Positions 9,023 through 19,213 of a DNA stretch of 50,891 bases are shown here, piece after piece (position 1 is the first letter of the stretch; every line of letters begins with the position of its first letter). The notes below the pieces were generated by a model, which saw only the letters and a list, made by a program, of their open reading frames with translations, was not told where the DNA came from and searched no databases. Source of the DNA: Minisyncoccota bacterium (GTDB taxonomy: Bacteria > Patescibacteriota > Minisyncoccia > Phycocordibacterales > GCA-2401445); NCBI GenBank assembly GCA_040879725.1, contig JBBDJV010000010.1, positions 1-50,891 on the forward strand. Direction: 5' to 3'. A program made the translations under genes and the position numbers.

Positions 9023-10399
9023 TTACTTAATTCTCAAAAAGCGATGTTTTCCTATTTTATACTCACCTTGCTCTGCTGGCGCATCATCTTCGAGAATTGT
9101 ATTTTCTGGAAGCTTTTTAATTGATTTACTTTTAAACAACCTCCGCCCCTCGCTTTTTGAATCTACACACTTTGCTCGAACCAGTACATCGAGAAGTGAT
9201 TCATTCTCAAGTAACGCAACTTCTGGTATTTCATCTGGCACTCCTTTTTTACTAAAGGTATTTGTGAACTGTTCTTCAGCATGCTCGGCTTTCGCCTCTC
9301 CGTGGTATATAGACACAACCGCTCGAGCAATACGCGCTTTACTGTCGCGCGGGTTCACCTTTCCTTCGGAAAGCTCTTTACGCATTACCTCTATCTCATC
9401 TTCGGATATGTATGTTGCGAGCATTGCATACTGTGTGATTATTTCATCCGGAATAGACATAACTTTTCCAAACATATCACTTGGAGCATCGATTATGCTG
9501 ATATAGTTATCTAAACTCTTACTCATTTTTTGATTTCCATCCGTTCCAACAATAAGTTCACAACTCAAAACCGACTGCTCAGGCAAACCATTTGCCTTCA
9601 TAATGCTACGCCCCATAAGCATGTTAAATGTTTGATCGCTTCCTCCTATTTCTAGATCACAACCGCCGTATATTTTGTAAAGCACGTATGAATCAACCCC
9701 TTGTAAAACAGGGTAAAGCATTTCATGCATATAAAGCTCACTTCCTGACTTCAAGCGCTCTTGAAACATATCTCGTTCGATAAGCTGAGCGTGAGTTATG
9801 TGCTTTAGCGTCCAAAGCAAACCTTTAAGTGTAACTGCGGTAATTTCATTTTTATTTAAGTGGGTTTTTTGCATTCGTGTTTCAGAATACAGAATAGATT
9901 TTCCAATGAAAGAATTCGGATTGATTTGCGCCATTCGATATTTAATAGACAGTTTCGCATGAGGAGCAAGGTCTGTTACGTTTACAAACCAATCTGAGTT
10001 TCGAATCCAAGTGAACACCTCTTTTCTGGTATCTAAGATTTTTCCTACCTGTTCCAAGTAGGTTTTCATATTTGCTTCAATTTCAGACTGTTCAATTTCA
10101 GGACGTACCTTACTCTTACCTGTCGGGTCTCCGATATGCGCGGTAAAATCGCCCACGAGGAATATTACCTTGCACCCCATGTCTTGCAGTTTGCGTAATT
10201 TTCGAAGAATAACCGCATGCCCTATATGTATATCGGGACGAGTTGGGTCCACTCCGAATTTTATATGAATATCTTTGGTATACGTTCCCGCAATTTTTCC
10301 TTCCAGTTTCTTTTTAAACTCTCCTTGTGGATCTATAAAACTAGTGGTTCCTCTTTCGAGAATATCCGATATAACTTGTGTTTCAGTCTTTTTTTCCAT
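9023..10399 (-). CDS. tyrS: Tyrosine--tRNA ligase
   Basis: It has HIGH (DIHIGHAV), GGSDQ, KMSKS (QKMSKS) and a C-terminal S4-like segment (LLDVLVRAKCVDSKSEGRRL). Confidence 0.85.
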   Translation of the reverse strand: MEKKTETQVISDILERGTTSFIDPQGEFKKKLEGKIAGTYTKDIHIKFGVDPTRPDIHIGHAVILRKLRKLQDMGCKVIFLVGDFTAHIGDPTGKSKVRPEIEQSEIEANMKTYLEQVGKILDTRKEVFTWIRNSDWFVNVTDLAPHAKLSIKYRMAQINPNSFIGKSILYSETRMQKTHLNKNEITAVTLKGLLWTLKHITHAQLIERDMFQERLKSGSELYMHEMLYPVLQGVDSYVLYKIYGGCDLEIGGSDQTFNMLMGRSIMKANGLPEQSVLSCELIVGTDGNQKMSKSLDNYISIIDAPSDMFGKVMSIPDEIITQYAMLATYISEDEIEVMRKELSEGKVNPRDSKARIARAVVSIYHGEAKAEHAEEQFTNTFSKKGVPDEIPEVALLENESLLDVLVRAKCVDSKSEGRRLFKSKSIKKLPENTILEDDAPAEQGEYKIGKHRFLRIK

Positions 10400-10405
10400 A
10401 TTTCT

Positions 10406-10414
10406 AGGGTAGCA
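10406..10414 (-). promoter_or_regulatory. Extended -10 TGCTACCCT, 6 nt before the tyrS ATG
   Basis: The minus strand reads TGCTACCCT-AGAAAT-ATG. Confidence 0.4.
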
Positions 10415-10463
10415 TAAGTCATTCTCTTTGTCCTCTTCTGTTCTGTTTGAGTCCCCTTTTTTG

Positions 10464-10472
10464 TGCTATAGT
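10464..10472 (+). promoter_or_regulatory. Extended -10 TGCTATAGT, 7 nt before the PBP ATG
   Basis: The sequence reads TGCTATAGT-CGAAAAT-ATG. Confidence 0.5.
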
Positions 10473-10479
10473 CGAAAAT

Positions 10480-13020
10480 ATGAAAAAGAAGCACCAGAGG
10501 TATGTTGCAAAACATATTGGTATTAAACTCTTCCTCCTCAGCCTAATCGGAGGGTTTGTTGTGTTGGGTGGAGGACTGCTCTGGGTTGCCACACTCCAAA
10601 TCCCAAGCCTTACCACTTTTGACGACAGACTCATTACCGAATCAACAAAAATATATGACCGGACTGGTGAACACCTACTCTATGATGTGCATGAGAACAT
10701 CAGAAGAACTGTAGTTCCTTTTGAAGATATTTCCCGAAACATCAAAAACGCTAGTGTTGCTATTGAAGACGAGGAATTTTACTCACACAAAGGTATTAAA
10801 CCAAAAGCTATTTTACGAGCTGTTTGGTCTAACTTCCTTACCGTACTTGGTAGTGACCGCTACACACAAGGAGGTTCAACAATAACCCAGCAGGTTATAA
10901 AAAACTCAGTGCTTACGTCTGAGAAAAAAATTGCTCGAAAAGTAAAAGAGTGGGTGCTTGCTCTCAAACTTGAGCAAGTCATGTCAAAGGACCAGATACT
11001 TAATATATATTTAAATGAAATACCGTATGGAGGGAATATGTATGGAGCCGAGGAAGCAAGTTTGGCATTCTTCGGAAAACGAGCACGTGAAGTAACGTTA
11101 GCTGAAGCGGCGTATTTAGCAGCAATTCCACAAGCTCCAACCTTTTTTTCTCCATACGGAAACAACACCGACAGACTTGAGGTACGAAAAAATCTTGTAC
11201 TAGAACGCATGCTCAACAATAACTTCATCACTCAAGAAGAGTATGATGGAGCGCTCGCTGAGGAAGTTACTTTTAGACCACGGTCAGAAATCGGTATCCA
11301 AGCACCCCATTTTGTTTTTTATATCATTGAGCAACTTGAAGAACAGTACGGTCAAAAAGCTATTCAGGAAGAGGGATTAAAAGTTATTACTACTCTTGAT
11401 TACGACTTGCAACTTAAAGCGGAAGAGATAGTAAAACGCTTCGCACTTTCAAATGCAGAGCGATTTGATGCAGAGAATGCGGCACTTGTTTCTTTAAACG
11501 CCAAAACAGGAGACATTCTAACCATGGTTGGCTCAAGAGACTACTTTGATGAAGAAATTGATGGAAACTTCAACATCACACTTGCCGAGCGACAACCAGG
11601 TTCAACCTTTAAACCATTTGTCTACGCTGCGGCTTTCAAAAAAGGGTACTTGCCCGATACGGTTGTGTTTGATCTAGAAACTGAATTCTCTACTCAGTGT
11701 TACCCAGATGGAAAGCCGAGATATAGTAATTCAAACTGCTATATGCCAGAAAACTATGATGGAAAGTTTCGTGGACCAATGACACTTCGAGAAGCCTTGG
11801 CACAATCAATCAACATCCCAGCTATTAAAGCGCTTTACTTGGCTGGACTAGATGAGTCTCTTCGTGTGGCAAAAGATATGGGTCTTTCCACCTTAGGGAC
11901 AGTTAGTGACTACGGACTTACTTTAGTGTTGGGAGGTGGTGAGGTAACCCCTCTTGAAATGACGAGTGCATACGGAGTATTTGCAAATGAAGGAATGCGA
12001 GTTCCATATAGAAGCATTCTACGTATTGAAAATAAAAATGGTGTTGTTTTTGAAAGTCCTGGGTCTCGACCATACAGAGTACTCACAGAAGATGTCGCAC
12101 TTACGGTGACTGATATTTTATCTGACAATGTCGCACGAGCCCCTTCGTATGGTTCAAACTCACCTCTCCATTTTTCTGGATACGATGTAGCGGCTAAAAC
12201 AGGTACTACAAACGATTATAAAGATGCGTGGGTGATAGGATATACCCCAGAGATTGTAGTGGGCGCATGGGCAGGAAATAACGACAACAGACCGATGAAT
12301 AAGCAGGTTGCCGGACTTATTATCGCTCCACTGTGGAATGCATTCATGATTGAATTACTACAAAACACTCCGAAGCAAGAGTTTCGATCACCTCGACCGA
12401 TTGTAAACAAAAATGAATTGAAGCCGGTCATTCGCGGTGAGTGGAAAGGTAGTATAACGTACACTATTGATACCATTTCACAAAAACTTGCTACAGAATA
12501 TACTCCAAACGAAACAAAAGAAGTTCGAGTAATTAACGACGTTCACTCAATACTCCATTGGGTTGATAGAAGTGACCCTCTTGGACCTCCACCAAGCAAT
12601 CCCGCGGAAGCATCATCTCAGTACATACACTGGGAGTACCCTGTTAGACGTTGGGTTGAACGAAACAATATTAATGAAACAAGCACGTCAACCATTCCAA
12701 CAGAGTTTGATACCGTTCATACTCCTGAAACGGTTCCAAAACTTACTGTCTCTGGAATAGACTCAAACATTTCGTACGCGGAAAACAATCCAATTACACT
12801 GATGGTAAATAATGAAAATATATACCCTCTTACCCGTCTTGATATTTTCATTAATAATGAATTTATTGACTCAATTCAACGCCCACCATTTAATTACACT
12901 TTTATTCCAGGAAACATTCCTTCAATTCGGCAAAGTAACTCTATTCGCATAGTTGGGTATGACTCTGTTTATAACCGAGCGGAAATTACCCTACCGCTTA
13001 CCACCTCTCCTGCGGGGTAA
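10480..13020 (+). CDS. Class A penicillin-binding protein (transglycosylase/transpeptidase) with a C-terminal extension
   Basis: It has a TM anchor and GT51 motifs (EDEEFYSHKGI, GGSTITQQ). The transpeptidase motifs are STFKP (SxxK), SIN (SxN) and KTGTT. The start is set at ATG 10480. Confidence 0.9.
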   Translation: MKKKHQRYVAKHIGIKLFLLSLIGGFVVLGGGLLWVATLQIPSLTTFDDRLITESTKIYDRTGEHLLYDVHENIRRTVVPFEDISRNIKNASVAIEDEEFYSHKGIKPKAILRAVWSNFLTVLGSDRYTQGGSTITQQVIKNSVLTSEKKIARKVKEWVLALKLEQVMSKDQILNIYLNEIPYGGNMYGAEEASLAFFGKRAREVTLAEAAYLAAIPQAPTFFSPYGNNTDRLEVRKNLVLERMLNNNFITQEEYDGALAEEVTFRPRSEIGIQAPHFVFYIIEQLEEQYGQKAIQEEGLKVITTLDYDLQLKAEEIVKRFALSNAERFDAENAALVSLNAKTGDILTMVGSRDYFDEEIDGNFNITLAERQPGSTFKPFVYAAAFKKGYLPDTVVFDLETEFSTQCYPDGKPRYSNSNCYMPENYDGKFRGPMTLREALAQSINIPAIKALYLAGLDESLRVAKDMGLSTLGTVSDYGLTLVLGGGEVTPLEMTSAYGVFANEGMRVPYRSILRIENKNGVVFESPGSRPYRVLTEDVALTVTDILSDNVARAPSYGSNSPLHFSGYDVAAKTGTTNDYKDAWVIGYTPEIVVGAWAGNNDNRPMNKQVAGLIIAPLWNAFMIELLQNTPKQEFRSPRPIVNKNELKPVIRGEWKGSITYTIDTISQKLATEYTPNETKEVRVINDVHSILHWVDRSDPLGPPPSNPAEASSQYIHWEYPVRRWVERNNINETSTSTIPTEFDTVHTPETVPKLTVSGIDSNISYAENNPITLMVNNENIYPLTRLDIFINNEFIDSIQRPPFNYTFIPGNIPSIRQSNSIRIVGYDSVYNRAEITLPLTTSPAG

Positions 13021-13023
13021 TAG

Positions 13024-13281
13024 TTAGTATATTGAATATTTTTTAGAAACAAGAGTTTGAATTTTTTCCTCAAACTCTTGTTTTTTTATATGTAACTCAG
13101 TACGAAGTAGTGGGTGTATTTTTAAGTACACTGAGTTTTTCTTAACAACAATAGCTTCGTTTGGAATAGTTTGATTAAACTCTTCTTTACACACCTGTAT
13201 GATTGCTTCTTTTATATATTTTTCCGGCGGTTGTATGTGTTTAAACCTATCAAGAAAAAGAGTTATTCCTTGTAGAGCCAT
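13024..13281 (-). CDS. DUF721/DciA-like small protein
   Basis: This 85-aa ORF starts 5 nt after the dnaN stop. Its pattern (VVKKNSVYLKIHPLLRTELHIKKQEF) resembles short DUF721 proteins. The assignment rests on pattern and context only. Confidence 0.4.
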   Translation of the reverse strand: MALQGITLFLDRFKHIQPPEKYIKEAIIQVCKEEFNQTIPNEAIVVKKNSVYLKIHPLLRTELHIKKQEFEEKIQTLVSKKYSIY

Positions 13282-13286
13282 ATATA

Positions 13287-14387
13287 CTACTTATTCATCG
13301 GCATCACAAGATAGAGGAATGAACCTGGAGGTGATGGTTTAACAATAAGAGGTTTACCCTTTCCAGCAAAATGCAGTTCAATACTGTCTGTTGTAATATA
13401 TTGTAGGGCATCTGCGATATATTTTTCATTAAAATGTATTTCAAAATCTTCTCCGGTCACTTCTGCTTTGAGTGAATCAGTGTGAGCGCCAAGCTCTGTT
13501 TGGTTTGTAGCAATAGTAAGAGTATTTGTTTCTGATGCAATAGAAATTTTAATTTGATTAAATTTCCCTGAAAAAATACTTGCCTTTTTTAGTGCATCAA
13601 GAAAATCTTGTCGCAACATACGAACAGTTGTAACAAACTCTTTTGGAATAATTTGTTTATAATCTGGAAACGTTCCGTTTATAATTCGCGAAGTAAAGTA
13701 ATAGTTTTTATACAAAAAAGAAATTTGATTCTCAGTGTATCTAACCTCAACATCTTCATTTACTCCTGTTAAAAATCGTGTTAATTCAATCGCATTTTTA
13801 TTAGGAATAAGTATTTTAATATCTTCTTTTATTTTTGTTTTTAACTTCTTTTCTGCAAGTCTAAATGAGTCTGTTGCCACAAAAACTAGTTCATTCGAAT
13901 CAGAATATATATAGACGGAGCTTAATTCTGGTTTAATTGTTGTGTTTGATGAACAAAAATTAACCGCTTTAATCCCTTCGAGAACATTACTTGCTGGAAT
14001 TACAAATGAAGAAAACCCTTCTGATAAATATGGAATTGTAGGGAAATCATCATGATTTTGTGTAGTAAGTGTCGTAACACTCGTATTTGTTTTTATTTCA
14101 ATATTATTCTCTTTAACCTCAAGAGTTATTGAGTCCGTATGAGCAGAAGAAGAAACAACTTGAGAGAGTAAACTTCCAACCACTGCAACATTTCCTTCTT
14201 GTTCAACTTTTGCAGGAATAGTGATCTCAACACCTAAATCTAAATTTGTCGCTCGGAATGATAGAGAATTTTTCTTAGCCTCAATATAAATACAAGAAAG
14301 AACAGTGAGTGATAAATTTTTACCAGTCGCTCTCTCTGTTTTATATAAAATATCTAGCAACCTTTCTCTTGAACAAGAAACTTTCAT
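13287..14387 (-). CDS. dnaN: DNA polymerase III beta sliding clamp
   Basis: It is 366 aa, lies downstream of dnaA, and ends in the clamp-like C-terminus LYLVMPMNK. Confidence 0.9.
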   Translation of the reverse strand: MKVSCSRERLLDILYKTERATGKNLSLTVLSCIYIEAKKNSLSFRATNLDLGVEITIPAKVEQEGNVAVVGSLLSQVVSSSAHTDSITLEVKENNIEIKTNTSVTTLTTQNHDDFPTIPYLSEGFSSFVIPASNVLEGIKAVNFCSSNTTIKPELSSVYIYSDSNELVFVATDSFRLAEKKLKTKIKEDIKILIPNKNAIELTRFLTGVNEDVEVRYTENQISFLYKNYYFTSRIINGTFPDYKQIIPKEFVTTVRMLRQDFLDALKKASIFSGKFNQIKISIASETNTLTIATNQTELGAHTDSLKAEVTGEDFEIHFNEKYIADALQYITTDSIELHFAGKGKPLIVKPSPPGSFLYLVMPMNK

Positions 14388-14626
14388 GTATTTAATTAAT
14401 TATTTCTAATCACAAACAATACGAAACTATCTGTGGGGATATGTGGATTACGTACCAATACTGTTGTATACGAACACCAAATGGAAAATAATCTGTGGAG
14501 AACTAACGGTATAACAATGTGATGTGTGGTGTTCATATATCTTTTATAAAATTTCTGTGTATAAACTAATGTTTTATTTTGAGTTATGAACAGTATTGTT
14601 CCCAACTACTTAACATGTTTTCCCCA
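14388..14626. promoter_or_regulatory. Putative oriC: five same-orientation DnaA-box-like 9-mers plus an AT-rich segment
   Basis: The boxes are TGTGGGGAT (14432-14440), TGTGGATTA (14442-14450), TGTGGAGAA (14494-14502), TGTGGTGTT (14525-14533) and TGTGTATAA (14556-14564). The last three are spaced 31 bp apart. The AT-rich stretch TTAATTAATTATTTCTAAT sits next to the dnaN start. Confidence 0.6.
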
Positions 14627-15973
14627 CTACCGGAGCATAGTTCTTATCTGGTGAATTTCTTGCGCAAGAATAGAATCGTGTTTGATATCAGCTTTTACTT
14701 TTTCACATGAGTGAATAACAGTCGTGTGATCCCTCCCTCCTATTTTCTGACCGATGGAAGGATATGATGCGTGGAAGTCTTCCCGGAGAATGTACATAAT
14801 AATTTGGCGAGGTCGAACAGCTTCTTTCTTTCTTGTTTTTTTATACACAATTTCCTCATCGATACTATAGAAGTCGCTTATGGTTTTAATTACATCTTTA
14901 ACGGACACTATTTTACGTGGTTTAACAGTATCTTTAATAAGGTTTTTTATTTCATTCAAAGATAAATCTCTACCTTTTAAACGTGTTTGGCAAACAATTG
15001 AATTCAAAACACCTTCAAGTTCTCTAATATTCCCTTCTACACTTTGTGCTAGGTAATCAACAATATCATCTTCAAGAAAAACGCTATTTACCTTTATTTT
15101 TTCACGTAAAATAGCAACACGAGACTCATGATCTGGTTCAGGTATGTCAACTATCATACCCGCGCTAAAGCGTGATTTTAGACGGTCTTCCATGTTCGGA
15201 AGATAGTTAGGGTGTTTATCTGATGAAAAGATAATTTGTTTATTGTTGTCGTAAAGACTGTTAAATAAATGGAACAACTCTTCTTGAGTTTTCTCTTTTT
15301 TAGAAAGAAACTGTATATCATCCATAATTAAAATATCGTACTTGCGATATTTTTCTTTAAACATCGTGGCTTTATTGTTCTGAAGTGCGTTTAAATAATC
15401 AAGTGCGAAACGCTCAGAAGTAACATAATAAACTTTTTTCTCTTTATCAGAATTTTTTATATGATTTCCTACCGCTTGCATAAGGTGAGTCTTTCCTAAA
15501 CCAGTATTTCCACAAATAAATAAAGGGTTATATGCTATTCCCGGTTCTTTTAACACTGCTTGCGCGGCAGCATAGGCGAGTTCATTAAATGGCCCAACAA
15601 CAAATGTTTCAAAGGTGTAACGAGGATTTAAGTTGTCTTCTTTATTTATATAAAGCTCGTTTAGCGGAAGTTCGTTGGTGTGCATCACAAAGCGTTGGTT
15701 GAGCAACTCTTTCTTCTTCTGCTCATCTCTGACTACCAAAAACTCCAATGCGCGCACTTGGTCCGACAAACTCCGTAGAATACGAAGGATAAACTTATGA
15801 TATTTGTTGGAGAGCCAATCTTTTACAAACTGGTTTGGGACGCTTGCGTATATTATTCCATCTTCAAATTTAATAATGTCAGTATTCTTAAACCATGTGT
15901 TGAAGTTGGCTTTAGAGACCTCAAGCTCTATTTGTCCCAGGGTATTATCCCAGAGTTGTTTTAAATCAGACAT
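14627..15973 (-). CDS. dnaA: Chromosomal replication initiator DnaA
   Basis: It has Walker A GNTGLGKTHL, Walker B ILIMDDIQF and the C-terminal DNA-binding segment GGRDHTTVIHSCEKV. Confidence 0.97.
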   Translation of the reverse strand: MSDLKQLWDNTLGQIELEVSKANFNTWFKNTDIIKFEDGIIYASVPNQFVKDWLSNKYHKFILRILRSLSDQVRALEFLVVRDEQKKKELLNQRFVMHTNELPLNELYINKEDNLNPRYTFETFVVGPFNELAYAAAQAVLKEPGIAYNPLFICGNTGLGKTHLMQAVGNHIKNSDKEKKVYYVTSERFALDYLNALQNNKATMFKEKYRKYDILIMDDIQFLSKKEKTQEELFHLFNSLYDNNKQIIFSSDKHPNYLPNMEDRLKSRFSAGMIVDIPEPDHESRVAILREKIKVNSVFLEDDIVDYLAQSVEGNIRELEGVLNSIVCQTRLKGRDLSLNEIKNLIKDTVKPRKIVSVKDVIKTISDFYSIDEEIVYKKTRKKEAVRPRQIIMYILREDFHASYPSIGQKIGGRDHTTVIHSCEKVKADIKHDSILAQEIHQIRTMLR

Positions 15974-16146
15974 AAATATAATTAGTTGTAACCATTATTA
16001 TATACATGTGAATGAAAATAGACAGTCTTCACTTCAGACACCTTTTGTTTATAACCTGTTGATAGCGAGTTAATAGAAATAATATTTTGATATGTAAAGA
16101 GTTTTGCGTGTTGCGCAAGAGCAGTATTCCTCTATTAGAGCAAGAG

Positions 16147-16175
16147 TTGCCAAAAAAAGCGCTTTAATATATACT
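16147..16175 (+). promoter_or_regulatory. Sigma70-type promoter TTGCCA-17-TATACT, 7 nt before the rpmH ATG
   Basis: The hexamers lie at 16147-16152 and 16170-16175. Confidence 0.55.
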
Positions 16176-16182
16176 CACCATT

Positions 16183-16317
16183 ATGTCAACAACATATCAA
16201 CCAAAAAACCGAAAACGTAATAAAACACACGGCTTTCTTGTTCGATCTAAATCAAAGAGCGGGCGCAATGTATTGCAACGACGCCGAAGTAAGGGCCGAA
16301 CAAAACTAAGCGTCTAA
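16183..16317 (+). CDS. rpmH: 50S ribosomal protein L34
   Basis: The hand-translated sequence is [44 protein letters not shown]. It directly precedes rnpA. The ORF is below the track cutoff. Confidence 0.92.
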   Translation: MSTTYQPKNRKRNKTHGFLVRSKSKSGRNVLQRRRSKGRTKLSV

Positions 16318-16318
16318 T

Positions 16319-16654
16319 ATGTTTCCACGTAATCGGAGGGTTACTACAGCGTTTTTTAAGAATAAGAAGAATGGAGGGAGGCGACTGTCGTCTACCTCTT
16401 TTTCTTTTTCATACTATCCGCAAGAAGGCGTATCCCCTTCTCGCTTTGCAGTGATTACATCAAAAAAGATATACAACACAGCAGTAGGCAGAAATGGCTT
16501 AAAACGTAAAGTTTTTGGGGTGTTGCAGGAATTATTACCATTACTTCCTGCGCACGGTGTGGTACTTATATATCCAACAAAAAAAGCTTTATTACTGGAT
16601 AGTAGTGCAATAAAAGCTGAAATAAAAAATATCTTACAAACCATAAGCGGTTGA
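16319..16654 (+). CDS. rnpA: RNase P protein component
   Basis: This basic 111-aa protein starts 1 nt after rpmH. It has an RNR-like motif (AVGRNGLKRKV). Confidence 0.8.
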   Translation: MFPRNRRVTTAFFKNKKNGGRRLSSTSFSFSYYPQEGVSPSRFAVITSKKIYNTAVGRNGLKRKVFGVLQELLPLLPAHGVVLIYPTKKALLLDSSAIKAEIKNILQTISG

Positions 16655-16688
16655 TATCTATGCATTCTTTCTGTAGAATGGGATAGTT

Positions 16689-17435
16689 ATGATCTCTTCT
16701 TTATTTAACACGTTTGTATATACGCCGTTGTATAACGGCCTTATTTTTTTACTCGACGTTCTTCCTTTCCACGATCTTGGTATTTCGGTAGTGCTGTTAA
16801 CAATCATTGTTAAATTCATACTCTTCCCTCTCACAAAGAAATCTATCAAGGCGCAGATGAAAATGCGCGAAATAGAGCCAGAACTCAAAGCTTTACAGGC
16901 GAAATATAAAGATAAAAGAGAGGTGCTCGCTATGGAAATGATGGCTTTGTATAGAAAGCATAATTTCAATCCATTTGCGGGTATTTTTCTTATTTTTCTT
17001 CAGATTCCTATAATTTTAGGACTTTACTTTGTGTTCAGTGGAGGAGGTTTTCCGGAAGTTGATACGGAAATTCTTTACTCTTTTGTTTCCGCGCCGGAAA
17101 CAATCGATATTATGTTCCTCAGTATTCTTGATATAACAGGAAAGAGTATTATTTTAGCTCTTTTGGCGGGAATTACACAGTATATTCAAATAAAATTAAC
17201 ACTTCCTAAGCTCGGAAAGCGAGAAAAAGACGCAACATTTAAAGATGATCTTATGCATAGCATGCAACTACAGATGCGCTACGTTATGCCGGTCATTATT
17301 ACCCTTATTGCGTACCATATTTCAGCAGCGGTTGCACTTTACTGGGTTACGAGTAATATCTTTACTATCATTCAGGAAATGTTCTTGAGAAAAGAACGGA
17401 ATATGACTCCTGTTGCAGTAGAAAAAACAAACTAG
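16689..17435 (+). CDS. yidC: Membrane protein insertase YidC (short, Oxa1-like form)
   Basis: It is polytopic, carries the amphipathic KSIKAQMKMREIEPELKALQAKYKDK hairpin, and sits in the conserved position after rnpA. Confidence 0.9.
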   Translation: MISSLFNTFVYTPLYNGLIFLLDVLPFHDLGISVVLLTIIVKFILFPLTKKSIKAQMKMREIEPELKALQAKYKDKREVLAMEMMALYRKHNFNPFAGIFLIFLQIPIILGLYFVFSGGGFPEVDTEILYSFVSAPETIDIMFLSILDITGKSIILALLAGITQYIQIKLTLPKLGKREKDATFKDDLMHSMQLQMRYVMPVIITLIAYHISAAVALYWVTSNIFTIIQEMFLRKERNMTPVAVEKTN

Positions 17436-17436
17436 T

Positions 17437-17934
17437 ATGAAAACAGATATTGTAATACAAACACTAAAAGGACTACTCGACAAACTATGCATCAGCTATA
17501 CCGATGTGGTTGTTGAGGAAATGCCTGGTATTCGTGCTGTTAGACTTTCTATTAAAACTCCGGATTCAGGTATGCTAATCGGTACAAAAGGCGAAACTAT
17601 TGCAGCTCTCAATCACCTTCTAAAGCGCATAGCTCTGATGAATGGTGAAATAACAGAAGAGATGATGCGTGAGTATGTGGTTGATGTAAATGACTATCAA
17701 ATTAAACACATAGACGAGTTACAGAGAAAGGCACGTCTTGCTTCAGATCGTGCCCGTTCTTTCGAGTATAACGTCGAGATGGAGCCCATGAATGCATATG
17801 ACCGACTCATTGTTCACAATACACTACAAGACCTTCCAAACATTAAAACTGAGTCAGCTGGAGAGGGACAGTTTCGACACGTGGTGGTGAAGTTCTCAAA
17901 AGAAAAAGAGAACGAAGAATCTTTTACTCTGTAG
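17437..17934 (+). CDS. jag: Jag/KhpB-type RNA-binding protein (KH plus R3H)
   Basis: It follows yidC and has an R3H-like segment (MEPMNAYDRLIVHNTLQD). Confidence 0.8.
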   Translation: MKTDIVIQTLKGLLDKLCISYTDVVVEEMPGIRAVRLSIKTPDSGMLIGTKGETIAALNHLLKRIALMNGEITEEMMREYVVDVNDYQIKHIDELQRKARLASDRARSFEYNVEMEPMNAYDRLIVHNTLQDLPNIKTESAGEGQFRHVVVKFSKEKENEESFTL

Positions 17935-19213
17935 ATTCTCTATCTTCAACAATCACCCGTTCTTCTTCCGCTAGTTGCAGGCTCCATAAAGAGGAGTCTT
18001 TTTTGTTGATAAAGTAAAGGTAATTTTCATTTTCTGAGAGGAATGGGCGAATAACATCTATTTCAACTCGAGCGAAATCAAAAGGGTTTACTAACTCTTC
18101 GCGTGTAAGTGATTCTCTGTCGATTGACCATAGCGAGTCATTAAATGACATAAGTCCCTTATACCATGCGTCAGGATAGCTGTTTACCGGCATAGAAGTG
18201 TTTGCTCCACAATAAACAACTGTGGAGTCACCTTTCCAAACACATTTCTCTGGCAGTACTGCAAGTGGCACTGCGCGGGTTGCGCCACTTCGAACATCAT
18301 AGAGGTATGTTGATATACGAGTGCTATTTGTTACCGAATAAAGAATAACTTCCTCATCAGGGCTCATAAGTACAGTAAGTCCTGGAAGTGGTCCGAGTAC
18401 GCGAGTAAGACGTGCTGTGTCTGTATCAAGTGTGTATGCGTACCCATCCATAGTATTTTGAGGTTTATTTGCGATAAGGATTGTGTCCTCAGACGGCCAG
18501 CTGGCGGTCCACTCACTAAATGGAGAATCAAATATCTTTGTTTGGCTGCTTCCGTCAGGGTTCATTACAATTCCATCTACTCCACCTGCTGTTGGAGTAA
18601 TAGTGAACATTTGTTCACTGGATGGCGACACTGCCAACTCACGTATTTCTGTTACAAGAGGTTTGGCAGTGAATGACCATGACGGTAGCTCGAGAGGCAC
18701 ATCATCTTCTACTATTTCAGGTGTTTCAAGTATAAGCTTTCCGTAAATTGAGCGTATTCTCTCTGTGTTCTGGTCTACATAACGAAACACAACAGCTGTT
18801 CCATTTTCAACCCAATATGAATCATATATTCCCTCGCTTACCTCTCTATCAAGGCGAGTGAGCGTGCTGTCATTTGTGGTTGTTTGGAAAATATCTCCCA
18901 AACGGCGCTCATTATAACGAATAACAGTACTACTCGCTTCAGCGAAAGCTGTTGCACCAGCGACAGGTTCAGGAGTTATTTGCCGTAGTACCGGTTGCGG
19001 AGTGTTTCTAATTGGGTTTAGTCCACCTGTTCCTGAGTTGTTGCCTGGATTATTTTGTTCTCCTGTTTCATTATCAAAAGGAAAAAGATCAGCGGGTGTC
19101 TCGGTAATTGTTTCTGTTGATGGTTCTTTTAAAATAAAGAACCAGTAAGCTCCACCACCGAGTATTGCCAGGAGTGAAAGGACGAGTATAAAGATAAAAA
19201 ATTTATTGTTCAT
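17924..19213 (-). CDS. Membrane-anchored extracytoplasmic protein (possibly beta-propeller-like), last gene of the T4SS-like operon
   Basis: It has an N-terminal TM helix (FFIFILVLSLLAILGGGAYWFFIL). Its start overlaps the upstream gene in an ATGA arrangement. Confidence 0.65.
   Translation of the reverse strand: MNNKFFIFILVLSLLAILGGGAYWFFILKEPSTETITETPADLFPFDNETGEQNNPGNNSGTGGLNPIRNTPQPVLRQITPEPVAGATAFAEASSTVIRYNERRLGDIFQTTTNDSTLTRLDREVSEGIYDSYWVENGTAVVFRYVDQNTERIRSIYGKLILETPEIVEDDVPLELPSWSFTAKPLVTEIRELAVSPSSEQMFTITPTAGGVDGIVMNPDGSSQTKIFDSPFSEWTASWPSEDTILIANKPQNTMDGYAYTLDTDTARLTRVLGPLPGLTVLMSPDEEVILYSVTNSTRISTYLYDVRSGATRAVPLAVLPEKCVWKGDSTVVYCGANTSMPVNSYPDAWYKGLMSFNDSLWSIDRESLTREELVNPFDFARVEIDVIRPFLSENENYLYFINKKDSSLWSLQLAEEERVIVEDRESTE

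Noticed and set aside
14396-14605. The 69-aa track ORF between dnaA and dnaN.
   Set aside because: It lies wholly in the DnaA-box/AT-rich spacer, has no start context and has odd composition. The region is better explained as oriC.
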